Shown here piece by piece: positions 30,712 to 39,265 of a stretch of 64,000 nt of DNA. The notes under the pieces were generated by a model, which saw nothing but the letters and a program-made list of their open reading frames with translations, did not search any database and was not told the DNA's origin. The position numbers and the translations under genes were made by a program. The stretch is from Desulfurivibrionaceae bacterium (GTDB taxonomy: Bacteria; Desulfobacterota; Desulfobulbia; Desulfobulbales; SURF-16). Position 1 is the stretch's first letter. Every line of letters begins with the position of its first letter. The DNA lies in NCBI GenBank assembly GCA_031581485.1, contig JAVLBA010000001.1:26440-90439 (forward strand), written 5' to 3'.

Positions 30712-32646
30712 ATGAAAAAATATATAAAATTACTGACAATCGGCTTGGCCATAGTGCTGATTTGCGCCATGATCCCGGTACTGTTGGCAGAACCAGCACC
30801 CGAGGTCGGCCAGAAGAGGGACTTCTATATAAAGGCAGAGCTCTGGGAGTATTCCCCCCATCGCATTGTGGTGGATCAGGGGGATGAAATTCGCCTCAGA
30901 CTTGCCTCCAGGGATGTGGTCCATGGTTTTCACCTTGAAGACCACGGCATCGAGGCCACCATCTTTCCCGGGAAAATCCCTTTTTATCTCCGCAACCCTG
31001 AGACAGAAGAAAAAGCCATCCAGGTTACGGAGACTTCATTTATAGCCGACCGCTGGGGCAAGTTTTTTTACCGGTGCTCGGTTACCTGCGGCACGTTGCA
31101 CCCTTTCATGTTGGGCGAGTTGATTGTCCGGCCCAACTATCCATTTAAGGCCGCTGTCGGCGCGATGCTCGGGCTCCTTTTGGCCTCTTTCATCCTCATG
31201 TTCATGGATGCCAGGCAGCGGCCATCCCCTGACACATATGTCAGCCCGCCGCCCCCCTGGAGGCTGGACCTGTTGGCCAAGATACCTGGCCTCAGGAGGC
31301 TGCTTACCTTTAAAGGCCTGCCGTTCTCTCTTTATCTCCCTATTTTCGGCTGTCTGATCTTTTTTATCATTGCCGGTTTTTATGGCTCACCCATCGGCAA
31401 CAAAAACATCAGTGTCACCGTTGTCTGGATTTTTTGGTGGTTCTTGCTCATCTGTTTCATGATCCCCTTTGGCGCCAGAATATGGTGCATGGCCTGCCCC
31501 TTCCCTTTTCTGGGGGAGTGGCTGCAGAGGGGCAGACTGTTAGGCCCAAGCCGTGCAGACACCCGCACCCAGCCCATGAGGGGCTTAAGGAAAAAATGGC
31601 CAAAAGCCCTTTCTAATATTTGGCTGCCGAACATCCTCTTTCTCTCCCTCTGCACCTTCAGTGCCATGCTGGTCACCCGTCCGATCACCACTGCTGTGGC
31701 GCTGGTGGGTCTCACCATCCTTGCCACGGCCATCCATTATATCTACCGCAAACGTACCTTCTGCAACTATATCTGCCCGGTAGGGGGGTGGATGAGCCTG
31801 TACAGCATGGCGGGCATGGTCGAGGTACGATCCCGGTCACCATTGCTTTGTGCCGGCTGCCGGACCAGGGCCTGCGTCAACGGCAATGAACGGGGCTGGA
31901 GCTGCCCTTGGTCCCAGAACCCCAGTAAGCAGAGCCTCAACAATCACTGCGGGTTATGCATGGAGTGCATCAAATCCTGCGACAACAGCAATATGACGTT
32001 ACAGGCTCGGCCCTTTTGTACTGATACCGACATCAAGGGCTATGATCAGGCCTGGATGGCCTTTATTATGATCACCCTCGCCCTGGTCTACAGTGCCACC
32101 TATCTCGGGCCTTGGGGATTTCTCAAGAGCTGGGCCAATGTCAGCGAGGTTCGTAATTTTCAGGGATTTGCAATTTTTGCCGGCACTCTTTGGTTTACTG
32201 CCTTGATTGGTTTTCCTGCTCTCTGGTTTGTTTTTGCCTGGCTCGGCAAGGTACTCGCCGGCCGGAAAAGTGTTCCCACCAGCAAACTCTTTGTCAAGTA
32301 CTCGTATCTTCTGGTCCCCCTGGGTTTAACGGCCTGGATCTCTTTCAGTCTGCCGGCGGTGCTGGTAAATAATACCCATATAATTTCCAGCTTTTCAGAC
32401 CCCATGGGCTGGGGCTGGGACCTTTTTGGCACCGCCCACATGGAGTGGAAACCGCTTTTCCCGCATTACATTGTCTATATTCAAATAAGTTCATTGTTAA
32501 TCGGTCTGACCTTTTCCATGAAACGGGGCTACGAGATTGCGCAAAAAATTTATCCCGTGCCAAGTGAAGGAATAAGAAGCCTTATGCCCTTGGCAGCCTT
32601 GTGCACAGGAATCTCCATAATTTTGTTAAGAATTTTTGCGGGCTGA
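30712..32646 (+). CDS. CuA cupredoxin domain fused to NapH/NosR-like membrane 4Fe-4S protein
   Basis: DVVHGF...CSVTCGTLHPFM; multiple TM helices; CMACP, CNYICP, CAGCRTRAC...CP, CGLCMECIKSC. Confidence 0.82.
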   Translation: MKKYIKLLTIGLAIVLICAMIPVLLAEPAPEVGQKRDFYIKAELWEYSPHRIVVDQGDEIRLRLASRDVVHGFHLEDHGIEATIFPGKIPFYLRNPETEEKAIQVTETSFIADRWGKFFYRCSVTCGTLHPFMLGELIVRPNYPFKAAVGAMLGLLLASFILMFMDARQRPSPDTYVSPPPPWRLDLLAKIPGLRRLLTFKGLPFSLYLPIFGCLIFFIIAGFYGSPIGNKNISVTVVWIFWWFLLICFMIPFGARIWCMACPFPFLGEWLQRGRLLGPSRADTRTQPMRGLRKKWPKALSNIWLPNILFLSLCTFSAMLVTRPITTAVALVGLTILATAIHYIYRKRTFCNYICPVGGWMSLYSMAGMVEVRSRSPLLCAGCRTRACVNGNERGWSCPWSQNPSKQSLNNHCGLCMECIKSCDNSNMTLQARPFCTDTDIKGYDQAWMAFIMITLALVYSATYLGPWGFLKSWANVSEVRNFQGFAIFAGTLWFTALIGFPALWFVFAWLGKVLAGRKSVPTSKLFVKYSYLLVPLGLTAWISFSLPAVLVNNTHIISSFSDPMGWGWDLFGTAHMEWKPLFPHYIVYIQISSLLIGLTFSMKRGYEIAQKIYPVPSEGIRSLMPLAALCTGISIILLRIFAG

Positions 32647-32650
32647 CATT

Positions 32651-33823
32651 ATGAAAAGAGAGAAACTGGCCACTCTGAGTGTCATCTTCATTATCATTCT
32701 TGTCCCGGCTCTTGTGCTCTCGGCAATATGGTACAGAGAAGAACGCTTTCTGGCTGAGTATCCAGCAGGGGTAAAGGTCTTTGATATTACCGGCGTTGCT
32801 GAAAACGGTGCCTTTACCCTGGATACGGTTAATGGCCTCAACTATTGGTGGAAGAAATTCCAGCCCATGCTCGTGCATGTGTTTGTGGGGGACCAGGTTG
32901 TTTTACGATTAACGACCGCCGATGTTGTTCACCAATTTTATGTACCAGCCCTGAACCTGGGCCCCGTAAATATAAAACCGGGTCATCCCGTCCAACTTGA
33001 GTTCCTGGCTGAAAAGCCCGGGGTCTACCAGTATTTCTGCACCTCCCTCTGCGGCAATTGCCATTTTTATATGAGCGGCTGGATTGTCATAACTCCGGTT
33101 GGAGAGACCGCCTTGACACCGCCACCGATCACCTGTCCCCTTTGCGTACCCGGCTATATCGAGCGGCCTGAGGATGATTTAATTGATCTCGGGGAATATC
33201 TTTATCTGCAAAAGGGGTGCAACACCTGTCACGGCAACGCAGGTATTGGCGGGGTAGAGAATCTGAATTATGCCAAAAAGACGGTGCCGGCCCACAATGA
33301 AACAGCTAAAAAGCTTTTTCTGAAAGAGGAAGAAGATGCCGAGGCCTTTATTGATCTGATAAGCAAATATCCTGACCTGGAAAACCTGCCAGAGACCCCG
33401 GACATTCCGCGATTCCATCTGGTGTTGGCGAGATATCTAGCCACCAAAGAATTGGTAAAGAAAGGGTCGCCCGCCATAAAATTGGATGAAAATGGCCCTA
33501 TGCCCCCTCTGCAGATGCCGGCTTGGGAGGCCCAGTTGCCGGACCGTGACATAGATGCCCTTCTCAGCTATTTTCTCACCCTGCAACCCTGGGAAGAAGC
33601 GGCTATGAAGGATGGAGACGAGCCCAGATTTACTGATGAGCCAAGCTTTGATGATGAGCCAAGCTTTGGAGATGAGCCGAACTTTGGAGATGAACCCGAC
33701 TTTGGAGATGAACCGAATTTTGATGATGAGCCGGACTTTGGAGATGAACCGAACTTTGATGATGAGCCGGACTTTGGGGATGATGAGGAAAAACCGGGCT
33801 CTGAAAAGAGTGCAGGTCCTTGA
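32651..33823 (+). CDS. membrane-anchored CuA (CoxII-like) plus cytochrome c protein with acidic repeat tail
   Basis: One N-terminal TM, DVVHQF...CTSLCGNCHFYM, CPLC, heme motif CNTCH, distal MPAW. Confidence 0.82.
   Translation: MKREKLATLSVIFIIILVPALVLSAIWYREERFLAEYPAGVKVFDITGVAENGAFTLDTVNGLNYWWKKFQPMLVHVFVGDQVVLRLTTADVVHQFYVPALNLGPVNIKPGHPVQLEFLAEKPGVYQYFCTSLCGNCHFYMSGWIVITPVGETALTPPPITCPLCVPGYIERPEDDLIDLGEYLYLQKGCNTCHGNAGIGGVENLNYAKKTVPAHNETAKKLFLKEEEDAEAFIDLISKYPDLENLPETPDIPRFHLVLARYLATKELVKKGSPAIKLDENGPMPPLQMPAWEAQLPDRDIDALLSYFLTLQPWEEAAMKDGDEPRFTDEPSFDDEPSFGDEPNFGDEPDFGDEPNFDDEPDFGDEPNFDDEPDFGDDEEKPGSEKSAGP
33617..33778 (+). repeat. nine tandem 18-bp coding repeats (DEPxF[G/D/T])
   Basis: GATGAGCCGGACTTTGGA-type unit repeated nine times with variation. 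Confidence 0.95.
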
Positions 33824-34191
33824 TGAAATATAAAATTTTCGCCGGAATTTTATTATGTGAGATTCTACTCTTAACAACCCTGGCGGTCTCTGCCGCTATC
33901 TCCTCAACGAAGAGGGCTCCAGCCCTTGAGGCCAACCAGCAGCTGGTTGAAAACCTGATGCTCACTGACCTCTCGCTCTGGACCGAGACCAGCTACAGCA
34001 GGCACCCCTCGCAGGCCGATTTTTTTGCCCCCTTTCAAGATGCTCCCGGAGCCATTGAACGGTTCCCTGCTGGTTCACTGACCGCCCCTGCCGCGCTTTA
34101 TAACATATCGCAAAGAGCGGCTTCCCGGCCAAACTCTCCCGGCCGGATCGCTGAAACAGACTCCGATAATGAACAGGCGGCGAGAAAATGA
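33823..34191 (+). CDS. small membrane-anchored hypothetical protein
   Basis: TGATG and ATGA overlaps with both neighbours; N-terminal TM; LTDLSLWTETSYSRHPS. Confidence 0.75.
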   Translation: MKYKIFAGILLCEILLLTTLAVSAAISSTKRAPALEANQQLVENLMLTDLSLWTETSYSRHPSQADFFAPFQDAPGAIERFPAGSLTAPAALYNISQRAASRPNSPGRIAETDSDNEQAARK

Positions 34192-35360
34192 AGATAGAAA
34201 AACACATCCGCATACTTGAGTTTGCCCTGTCGTCACTCTTCAGGCAGAAACTCAAGAACATTATTATTATTCTGGCCTACACCTTAAATGTCTTCATCTT
34301 CTCGTCCGCTATTTTTTTCTCTGAATCCCTCAAGAATGAGGCGGTTACCTTACTGGAATACTCGCCTGAACTCATTGTCCAGAGAATGAGAGGGGGACGG
34401 CATGAACTGGTGCCGCTGCAATATGCCGAAAAAATTAAAGAGATAAGAGGGGTGACGGCGGTCACCCCTCGGTACTGGGGATACCATTACGACCCGCCGG
34501 TCAATAACAACTACACATTTTTAGGTGCCGACCAGCTGCCCCCAGAGGTATTGGAAATGGTTGAAGGCTCCTTTTACGAGCAGGAGGGCAACGATTTATG
34601 CGTTATTGGCCAAGGTGTTGCAGACGCCCGCTTTGTAGACACAGAGGACATCATTCCGGTCCTGGGGGCTGACGGTGATCTGCATGCCTTAAGGGTGGCT
34701 GGAATATTTACGGCAAAATCAAACATACTGACCAATGATCTGGTGATCCTCAAAACGGCTGATTTGAAAAAAATCTTTCTCATCCCCGATGATATGGCCA
34801 CCGACCTGGTTGTTAAGGTCAGAAACGTCAACGAGGTCTCGACAATTGCCCGGAAGATTCAGGAGATGATGCCTGATAGCAGGCCCATTGAAAAATCACA
34901 GATTATCAAAACCTATGAAGCGATATTTTCCTGGCGGGGCGGCTTGATGGTGGCGATATTTTTCGGCTCCATAACCGCCTTTTCCATCCTGGCCTGGGAC
35001 AAGGCCACCGGCCTCAGCGGCCAGGAGAGAAAAGATATAGGCATACTGAAGGCCATCGGTTGGGATACTTCCGACATTATTGAACTGAAATTCTGGGAAG
35101 GGTTTATCATCTCCAGCATGGCTTTTTTCCCCGGAATTATCTTCGCCCAGGCCCATATCTATCTGTTGGACGGCCTTATTTTTTCTCCCCTGATGAAAGG
35201 CTGGTCCAGCATCTTTCCGCAAATAAATCTGGCGCCGCAAATTGAGATTTATCATCTTATTGTGATTATCTTCCTTACCATTATCCCTTATATAACAGCG
35301 ACCCTGATCCCCTCCTGGAAAGCGGCAATCACCGATCCGGATATGATCATGAAGGGGTAA
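34188..35360 (+). CDS. FtsX/MacB-like ABC transporter permease
   Basis: 1 TM, large periplasmic domain, 3 TM; ERKDIGILKAIGW; PSWKAAITDP. Confidence 0.9.
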   Translation: MKIEKHIRILEFALSSLFRQKLKNIIIILAYTLNVFIFSSAIFFSESLKNEAVTLLEYSPELIVQRMRGGRHELVPLQYAEKIKEIRGVTAVTPRYWGYHYDPPVNNNYTFLGADQLPPEVLEMVEGSFYEQEGNDLCVIGQGVADARFVDTEDIIPVLGADGDLHALRVAGIFTAKSNILTNDLVILKTADLKKIFLIPDDMATDLVVKVRNVNEVSTIARKIQEMMPDSRPIEKSQIIKTYEAIFSWRGGLMVAIFFGSITAFSILAWDKATGLSGQERKDIGILKAIGWDTSDIIELKFWEGFIISSMAFFPGIIFAQAHIYLLDGLIFSPLMKGWSSIFPQINLAPQIEIYHLIVIIFLTIIPYITATLIPSWKAAITDPDMIMKG

Positions 35361-35372
35361 GATCCTGACAAA

Positions 35373-35813
35373 ATGCGACCTATAATTTTCACACTGTTCC
35401 TTATTCTTTTCTTCTCTGGCGGCTGCGGACCCAACAAGGCCCCTGAACACCCCCAGGTGGTTGCTGACGGAGATGTCGTTAAAGTGCCGCTCTCGGAGGT
35501 GGGTGACGGCGGGGTGCATTTCTATACCTATAAATTTGACAACAAGAATGTTAATTTTCTGGTCAGAACCGATGGCAAGGGCAAACTCCATACGCACCTG
35601 GATGCCTGCTACAGCTGTTTTAAGTATAAGATCGGTTATTATGTGGAGGATGGGGATCTTGTCTGCCGGGCCTGTCGCTATCGATATCCCCTGGCCGATG
35701 AGGAGTGGCTGTTTATTCAGGCCTGCGCCCCCATCGCTTTGAGACACAGGATCAAAGGAAACTATCTGGTCATTAAGCTCTCCCGCCTAAAGCGGGCCGG
35801 CAAGTTCTTTTGA
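35373..35813 (+). CDS. DUF2318 family lipoprotein (predicted metal/Fe-S binding)
   Basis: Lipobox-like FSGGC, HFYTY, DACYSC, GYY, VCRAC, CAPIAL. Confidence 0.8.
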   Translation: MRPIIFTLFLILFFSGGCGPNKAPEHPQVVADGDVVKVPLSEVGDGGVHFYTYKFDNKNVNFLVRTDGKGKLHTHLDACYSCFKYKIGYYVEDGDLVCRACRYRYPLADEEWLFIQACAPIALRHRIKGNYLVIKLSRLKRAGKFF

Positions 35814-35973
35814 CAATGAGGTTGGCGTTGTCATGTCACGGCGTTGGCACTCCTTGATCGGCAAGCGGGGGAGCAAGCAGCCCCCTGCCGCCGCCCTGGG
35901 GCGGGAAATAAAAAACGTGGCCTTGCCGGAGCCGACAACCAGGGAGTACCTGTGCCGCCATGGCCACCAGAGC

Positions 35974-36843
35974 TCATTGGGTGAGGCTGAAGGTAATCGG
36001 CATAGTGATCTCGGCGTCTTCCAGGGGGAGCGGGAACGGCGCGACCTGCCGCACCACAGCCATGGCCTGGCGGTCAAGCAGGTCGTATCCCGAGCTTGCC
36101 AAGACGGTGATGCCCTCCACGCCGCCCTCGTGATTGATACGGAAGGAGAGTTTGACCTGACCCGTCCAGCCTTTCTTCCGGGCCACGGCGGGATAGCGCA
36201 AGTTGCGCAGGACCCGGTCGCGGATACCGGCGAAATGGTTGGTCCGGTACTGTTCCTGGCTGCTCTGGGAGTGCTCTCCCGTGACCGCTTCCCGGCTGGC
36301 GGTCTGGGCAAGTGTGGCGGGGTTTGCTGGGCCGGATGGCGCTGGCCTGGCAAGCCCTGCAGCTGAGGCGAGTGGCTTTGGCAAAACTGTTTGTGTTGCC
36401 GATTCTACCTTGGTCGCTGCTCTTTCCTCCTGGACAAATGATTCTGCCGCTGCTGGTTCTGCTGGCGGTGTTTCAGCCACCAATGCTTCCCGTTCTGGTG
36501 CCTGTACCGCTTTTTTCTGGTGGCGCTGCTCGATAATGGGCGGATTGGCATCAACGGCGGCTTCCACAGGCCTCGTGTCTTGGCCGACTTCAGCAGCCCG
36601 TTGCAAAACTGGTGCGCTTGCTGATGCCTCAGCTGCGCTCGCTACCTTTTTCAACGGGCTGTCAGAGGTGACGGGAAGCGCGGGGGCGGACATCTCTTGG
36701 CCATTGCCGTCGAGCATGGTGAAATTCATCAGATCGATGCGCTGGGGAACGCTGACCGTGCGTGTGGCGCCGATAATCGCCAGCACCAGCAGCACATGAA
36801 TGGCACACGAAAGCAGCAGGGCCTTTATCTGTCTGGTCATCAT
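35974..36843 (-). CDS. tonB: energy transducer TonB
   Basis: SxxxH TM motif SCAIH, Ala/Pro-rich linker, YPAVARKKGWTG, SSGYDLLD. Confidence 0.9.
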   Translation of the reverse strand: MMTRQIKALLLSCAIHVLLVLAIIGATRTVSVPQRIDLMNFTMLDGNGQEMSAPALPVTSDSPLKKVASAAEASASAPVLQRAAEVGQDTRPVEAAVDANPPIIEQRHQKKAVQAPEREALVAETPPAEPAAAESFVQEERAATKVESATQTVLPKPLASAAGLARPAPSGPANPATLAQTASREAVTGEHSQSSQEQYRTNHFAGIRDRVLRNLRYPAVARKKGWTGQVKLSFRINHEGGVEGITVLASSGYDLLDRQAMAVVRQVAPFPLPLEDAEITMPITFSLTQ

Positions 36844-37220
36844 ATCTTTTCAGTCTGCAAACTCACCTTGGCAAAACCCAACCCTTTTACCGTGTTGAGC
36901 ACCTTAACAAAGTTCTGCAGGGCAATCTGCCGGTCGGCGCGGATGAGGACAGTGGTTTCCCGTTCATGGGAACGAAGCCGTTCCTCCAGGGCCGCCATGG
37001 TCACCGGTTCCGCATCCAGGACAATGGCCCCCTGTCTGTCAATATCGATCAGGATAGCCTGCTTTGTCGTTGATGTCTGACTGGCCGAGGCCTTTGGCAG
37101 GTCAACGCTGATGGTCCCCTGGGCGATAAAGGTCGAGGTGGTGAGCACAATGGTGAGCAGCACCAGCATGATGTCGATGAAGGGGATGACGTTGATGGAA
37201 TCAAACTGTGTGTCATCCAT
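36840..37220 (-). CDS. exbD: biopolymer transport protein ExbD
   Basis: INVIPFIDIMLVLL, VDLPKA, IRADR. Confidence 0.93.
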   Translation of the reverse strand: MDDTQFDSINVIPFIDIMLVLLTIVLTTSTFIAQGTISVDLPKASASQTSTTKQAILIDIDRQGAIVLDAEPVTMAALEERLRSHERETTVLIRADRQIALQNFVKVLNTVKGLGFAKVSLQTEKI

Positions 37221-37635
37221 ATTGGGACTCCCATTGAACCAGCAGCACCTTGACCCGCCGCAGCAGGAAGTTGTAGAGGATGATGGCCGGTATCGCCACC
37301 ACCAGGCCAAGAGCGGTGGCCTTGAGGGCCAGGGCCAGGCCGACCATGATCTTGCCGGTGTCCATGAAACCCTCTTGGCCGATGCCATAAAAGGTGAGCA
37401 TGATGCCCAGCACTGTGCCCAGGAGACCGATATACGGAGCATTGCTGCCGATGGTGGCGATGATGTGGAGTTTGTCGGTGAGCTCCAGTTTCAGGGTCTG
37501 GTGATCACCATAGTCAGCAAGCCGAATGCCGTTATAAAAGAGCTGGCGTTCAATGGCTATGGCCACGGCGATGACACTCATCAGTAACAGTAAACCGATA
37601 ACGCCGTAGTCAATTGTTGCCTGCAGCCAATCCAT
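37213..37635 (-). CDS. exbB: TonB-system energizer ExbB (short form)
   Basis: TIGSNAPYIGLLGTV, ALKATALGLVVAIP. Confidence 0.93.
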   Translation of the reverse strand: MDWLQATIDYGVIGLLLLMSVIAVAIAIERQLFYNGIRLADYGDHQTLKLELTDKLHIIATIGSNAPYIGLLGTVLGIMLTFYGIGQEGFMDTGKIMVGLALALKATALGLVVAIPAIILYNFLLRRVKVLLVQWESQYG

Positions 37636-37825
37636 TGCTATCTCCTTTCTTTTTTTTCTTGAATCTGGAATAGGCTGCCACTCCCAGCACCGCTACCCCA
37701 CCACCCACGCAGCCGAAGCAGGAGGCGCATCCTCCCCCAGCGCAACCGGCCGATGCCAGAAGCCCACCCACTCCACTTGCCACACCGATGCCGGTCCCGA
37801 ACAGTTTTGCACCCATATTTTTCAT
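37610..37825 (-). CDS. 71-aa Gly/Cys-rich membrane microprotein
   Basis: MKNMGAKLF...CAGGGCASCFGC...RFKKKKK; fills the gap between the Fe-S gene and exbB. Confidence 0.65.
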   Translation of the reverse strand: MKNMGAKLFGTGIGVASGVGGLLASAGCAGGGCASCFGCVGGGVAVLGVAAYSRFKKKKKGDSNGLAAGNN

Positions 37826-37829
37826 AGGA

Positions 37830-38654
37830 TCACCGATAATCAATGGCCTGCTGGGGGCAGGCCTTCTGGCATTCCCGGCAGGGGAAGCAGGAATAATGGT
37901 TGATGGTTGCCTGTTCATCCCGTTCGATGGCCCAAGTGGGACAGACATGTTCGCAGGCCCCGCAGCCATTACATTTATCAGCGTTGACCCGCATTCTTTT
38001 GCCGAACCGGGCACCGATCCTGTTAACAAGAGTGTCCAGGGCGCCGATGGGACAGAAAAAATTACAATACCCCCGGCCGCCGCGGGCCATGAAGCCGAGC
38101 AGGATGATCATGCCCAGATTGATCAGGCCGGCGGTCCGCAGGAAATAGGCAAGATCCGCCTCCATGAAGGCGGACCCGAACAAACGCGGCATGGTGGCGA
38201 AATTGCAGTAGCTGCAGCAGAGGCTCCCGATGCCAAAGAGCGGTGCCAGAAGATAAACGGCAAGGTAGCCGTAGCGCACTGGTGGGGCCGAGATGCCCGT
38301 GTAGTTGATCTGCAACTTTTTTGGCACAAGCCGGCTGCCCAGTTCGGTGGAGCTGCCCACCGGGCAGAGATGGCTGCACCAATGGCGACCAAAGAAAAGA
38401 GTGGAGAGCAGGATGGCGGCGACCAGCGCCACTCCCATGTAACTCCGTAAAAAACCCATGAAGAACTGGCTCACGGTCATGCCCTCGCGCCAGGTGAAAA
38501 ACATGCGCGGGCACCATTCGCCGCAGAAATTCACGCTACCGGTGCTGGCCTGGAAAATGAGGGCCAGGGGCGGCAGAAAGGCCATAACCGCCAGCACCAG
38601 GATCAAGGTTCGGTGTTTTGCCCACAAAGATATTTTTGTCCTGTTCGCATTCAT
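37830..38654 (-). CDS. NapH/MauN-like membrane 4Fe-4S binding protein
   Basis: CGEWCP, CSHLCP, CCSYC, CNFFCP, CNGCGACEHVCP, CFPCRECQKACP. Confidence 0.88.
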   Translation of the reverse strand: MNANRTKISLWAKHRTLILVLAVMAFLPPLALIFQASTGSVNFCGEWCPRMFFTWREGMTVSQFFMGFLRSYMGVALVAAILLSTLFFGRHWCSHLCPVGSSTELGSRLVPKKLQINYTGISAPPVRYGYLAVYLLAPLFGIGSLCCSYCNFATMPRLFGSAFMEADLAYFLRTAGLINLGMIILLGFMARGGRGYCNFFCPIGALDTLVNRIGARFGKRMRVNADKCNGCGACEHVCPTWAIERDEQATINHYSCFPCRECQKACPQQAIDYR

Positions 38655-39253
38655 TCGGCTCGGTCTTCCTTGCTGTTAAAATGAATAGGCACCCGCATGA
38701 CCTGGTTTCCGGAGGCCATGTCATAGAAGGCCAGCGACGGCCCGGTGACAGCGCTATGCTGGTACTGGTTGCCGCTCCGGGCAACCGCCGCGCTGCTTTC
38801 CGGGCAGCAGGAAGCGCCCGGCCCCGGTTCGGCAGGCGCCGCCACAGCGCTTTTAACCATTGCATCAGCACTGCTGCCATCCGGCCGCATGACCACCCAG
38901 AGGACCAACCGATCACGGGGCTGCACTCCTTTGAGAACATGGTCCCGGAAAACCGGCTCCCGGTGCAGACCAAGGGGGATCATCGGTTCGGAGTTGTGAA
39001 TGGCCCAGGTCATGCCGGGGACATTTTCCACCACCACACGCACGTCACCGCGATAGGGCGGTAACACCGTGGCCGTGGCGATCATGACATAGCGGTTCAG
39101 GCCGCACTCAAAATGGGCGGCGTGTTTCACCCGACCGCCGTCCTTGCTGAGCAGCGCCATGGAATGGGCCGAATCACCGAAATGGGACACCACCCCCAGC
39201 AAGGATAGGCCTACGGCGGCGGTAAAGGTGATCATCGTCTTGATGTTCTTCAT
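38651..39253 (-). CDS. exported His-containing hypothetical protein
   Basis: N-terminal hydrophobic segment, GGAG RBS, translationally coupled to the next gene. Confidence 0.75.
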   Translation of the reverse strand: MKNIKTMITFTAAVGLSLLGVVSHFGDSAHSMALLSKDGGRVKHAAHFECGLNRYVMIATATVLPPYRGDVRVVVENVPGMTWAIHNSEPMIPLGLHREPVFRDHVLKGVQPRDRLVLWVVMRPDGSSADAMVKSAVAAPAEPGPGASCCPESSAAVARSGNQYQHSAVTGPSLAFYDMASGNQVMRVPIHFNSKEDRAE

Positions 39254-39265
39254 GGCAACCGCTCC

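Noticed and set aside
33617..33778. CRISPR array
   Set aside because: Contiguous 18-bp coding repeats without spacers; no cas genes.
24038..35813. N2O reductase or cytochrome c oxidase operon
   Set aside because: No nosZ, nosD, nosY or heme-copper subunit I or III in the window.
36840..37442. 200-aa ExbD
   Set aside because: The extension overlaps exbB; the true start is the ATG at 37220.
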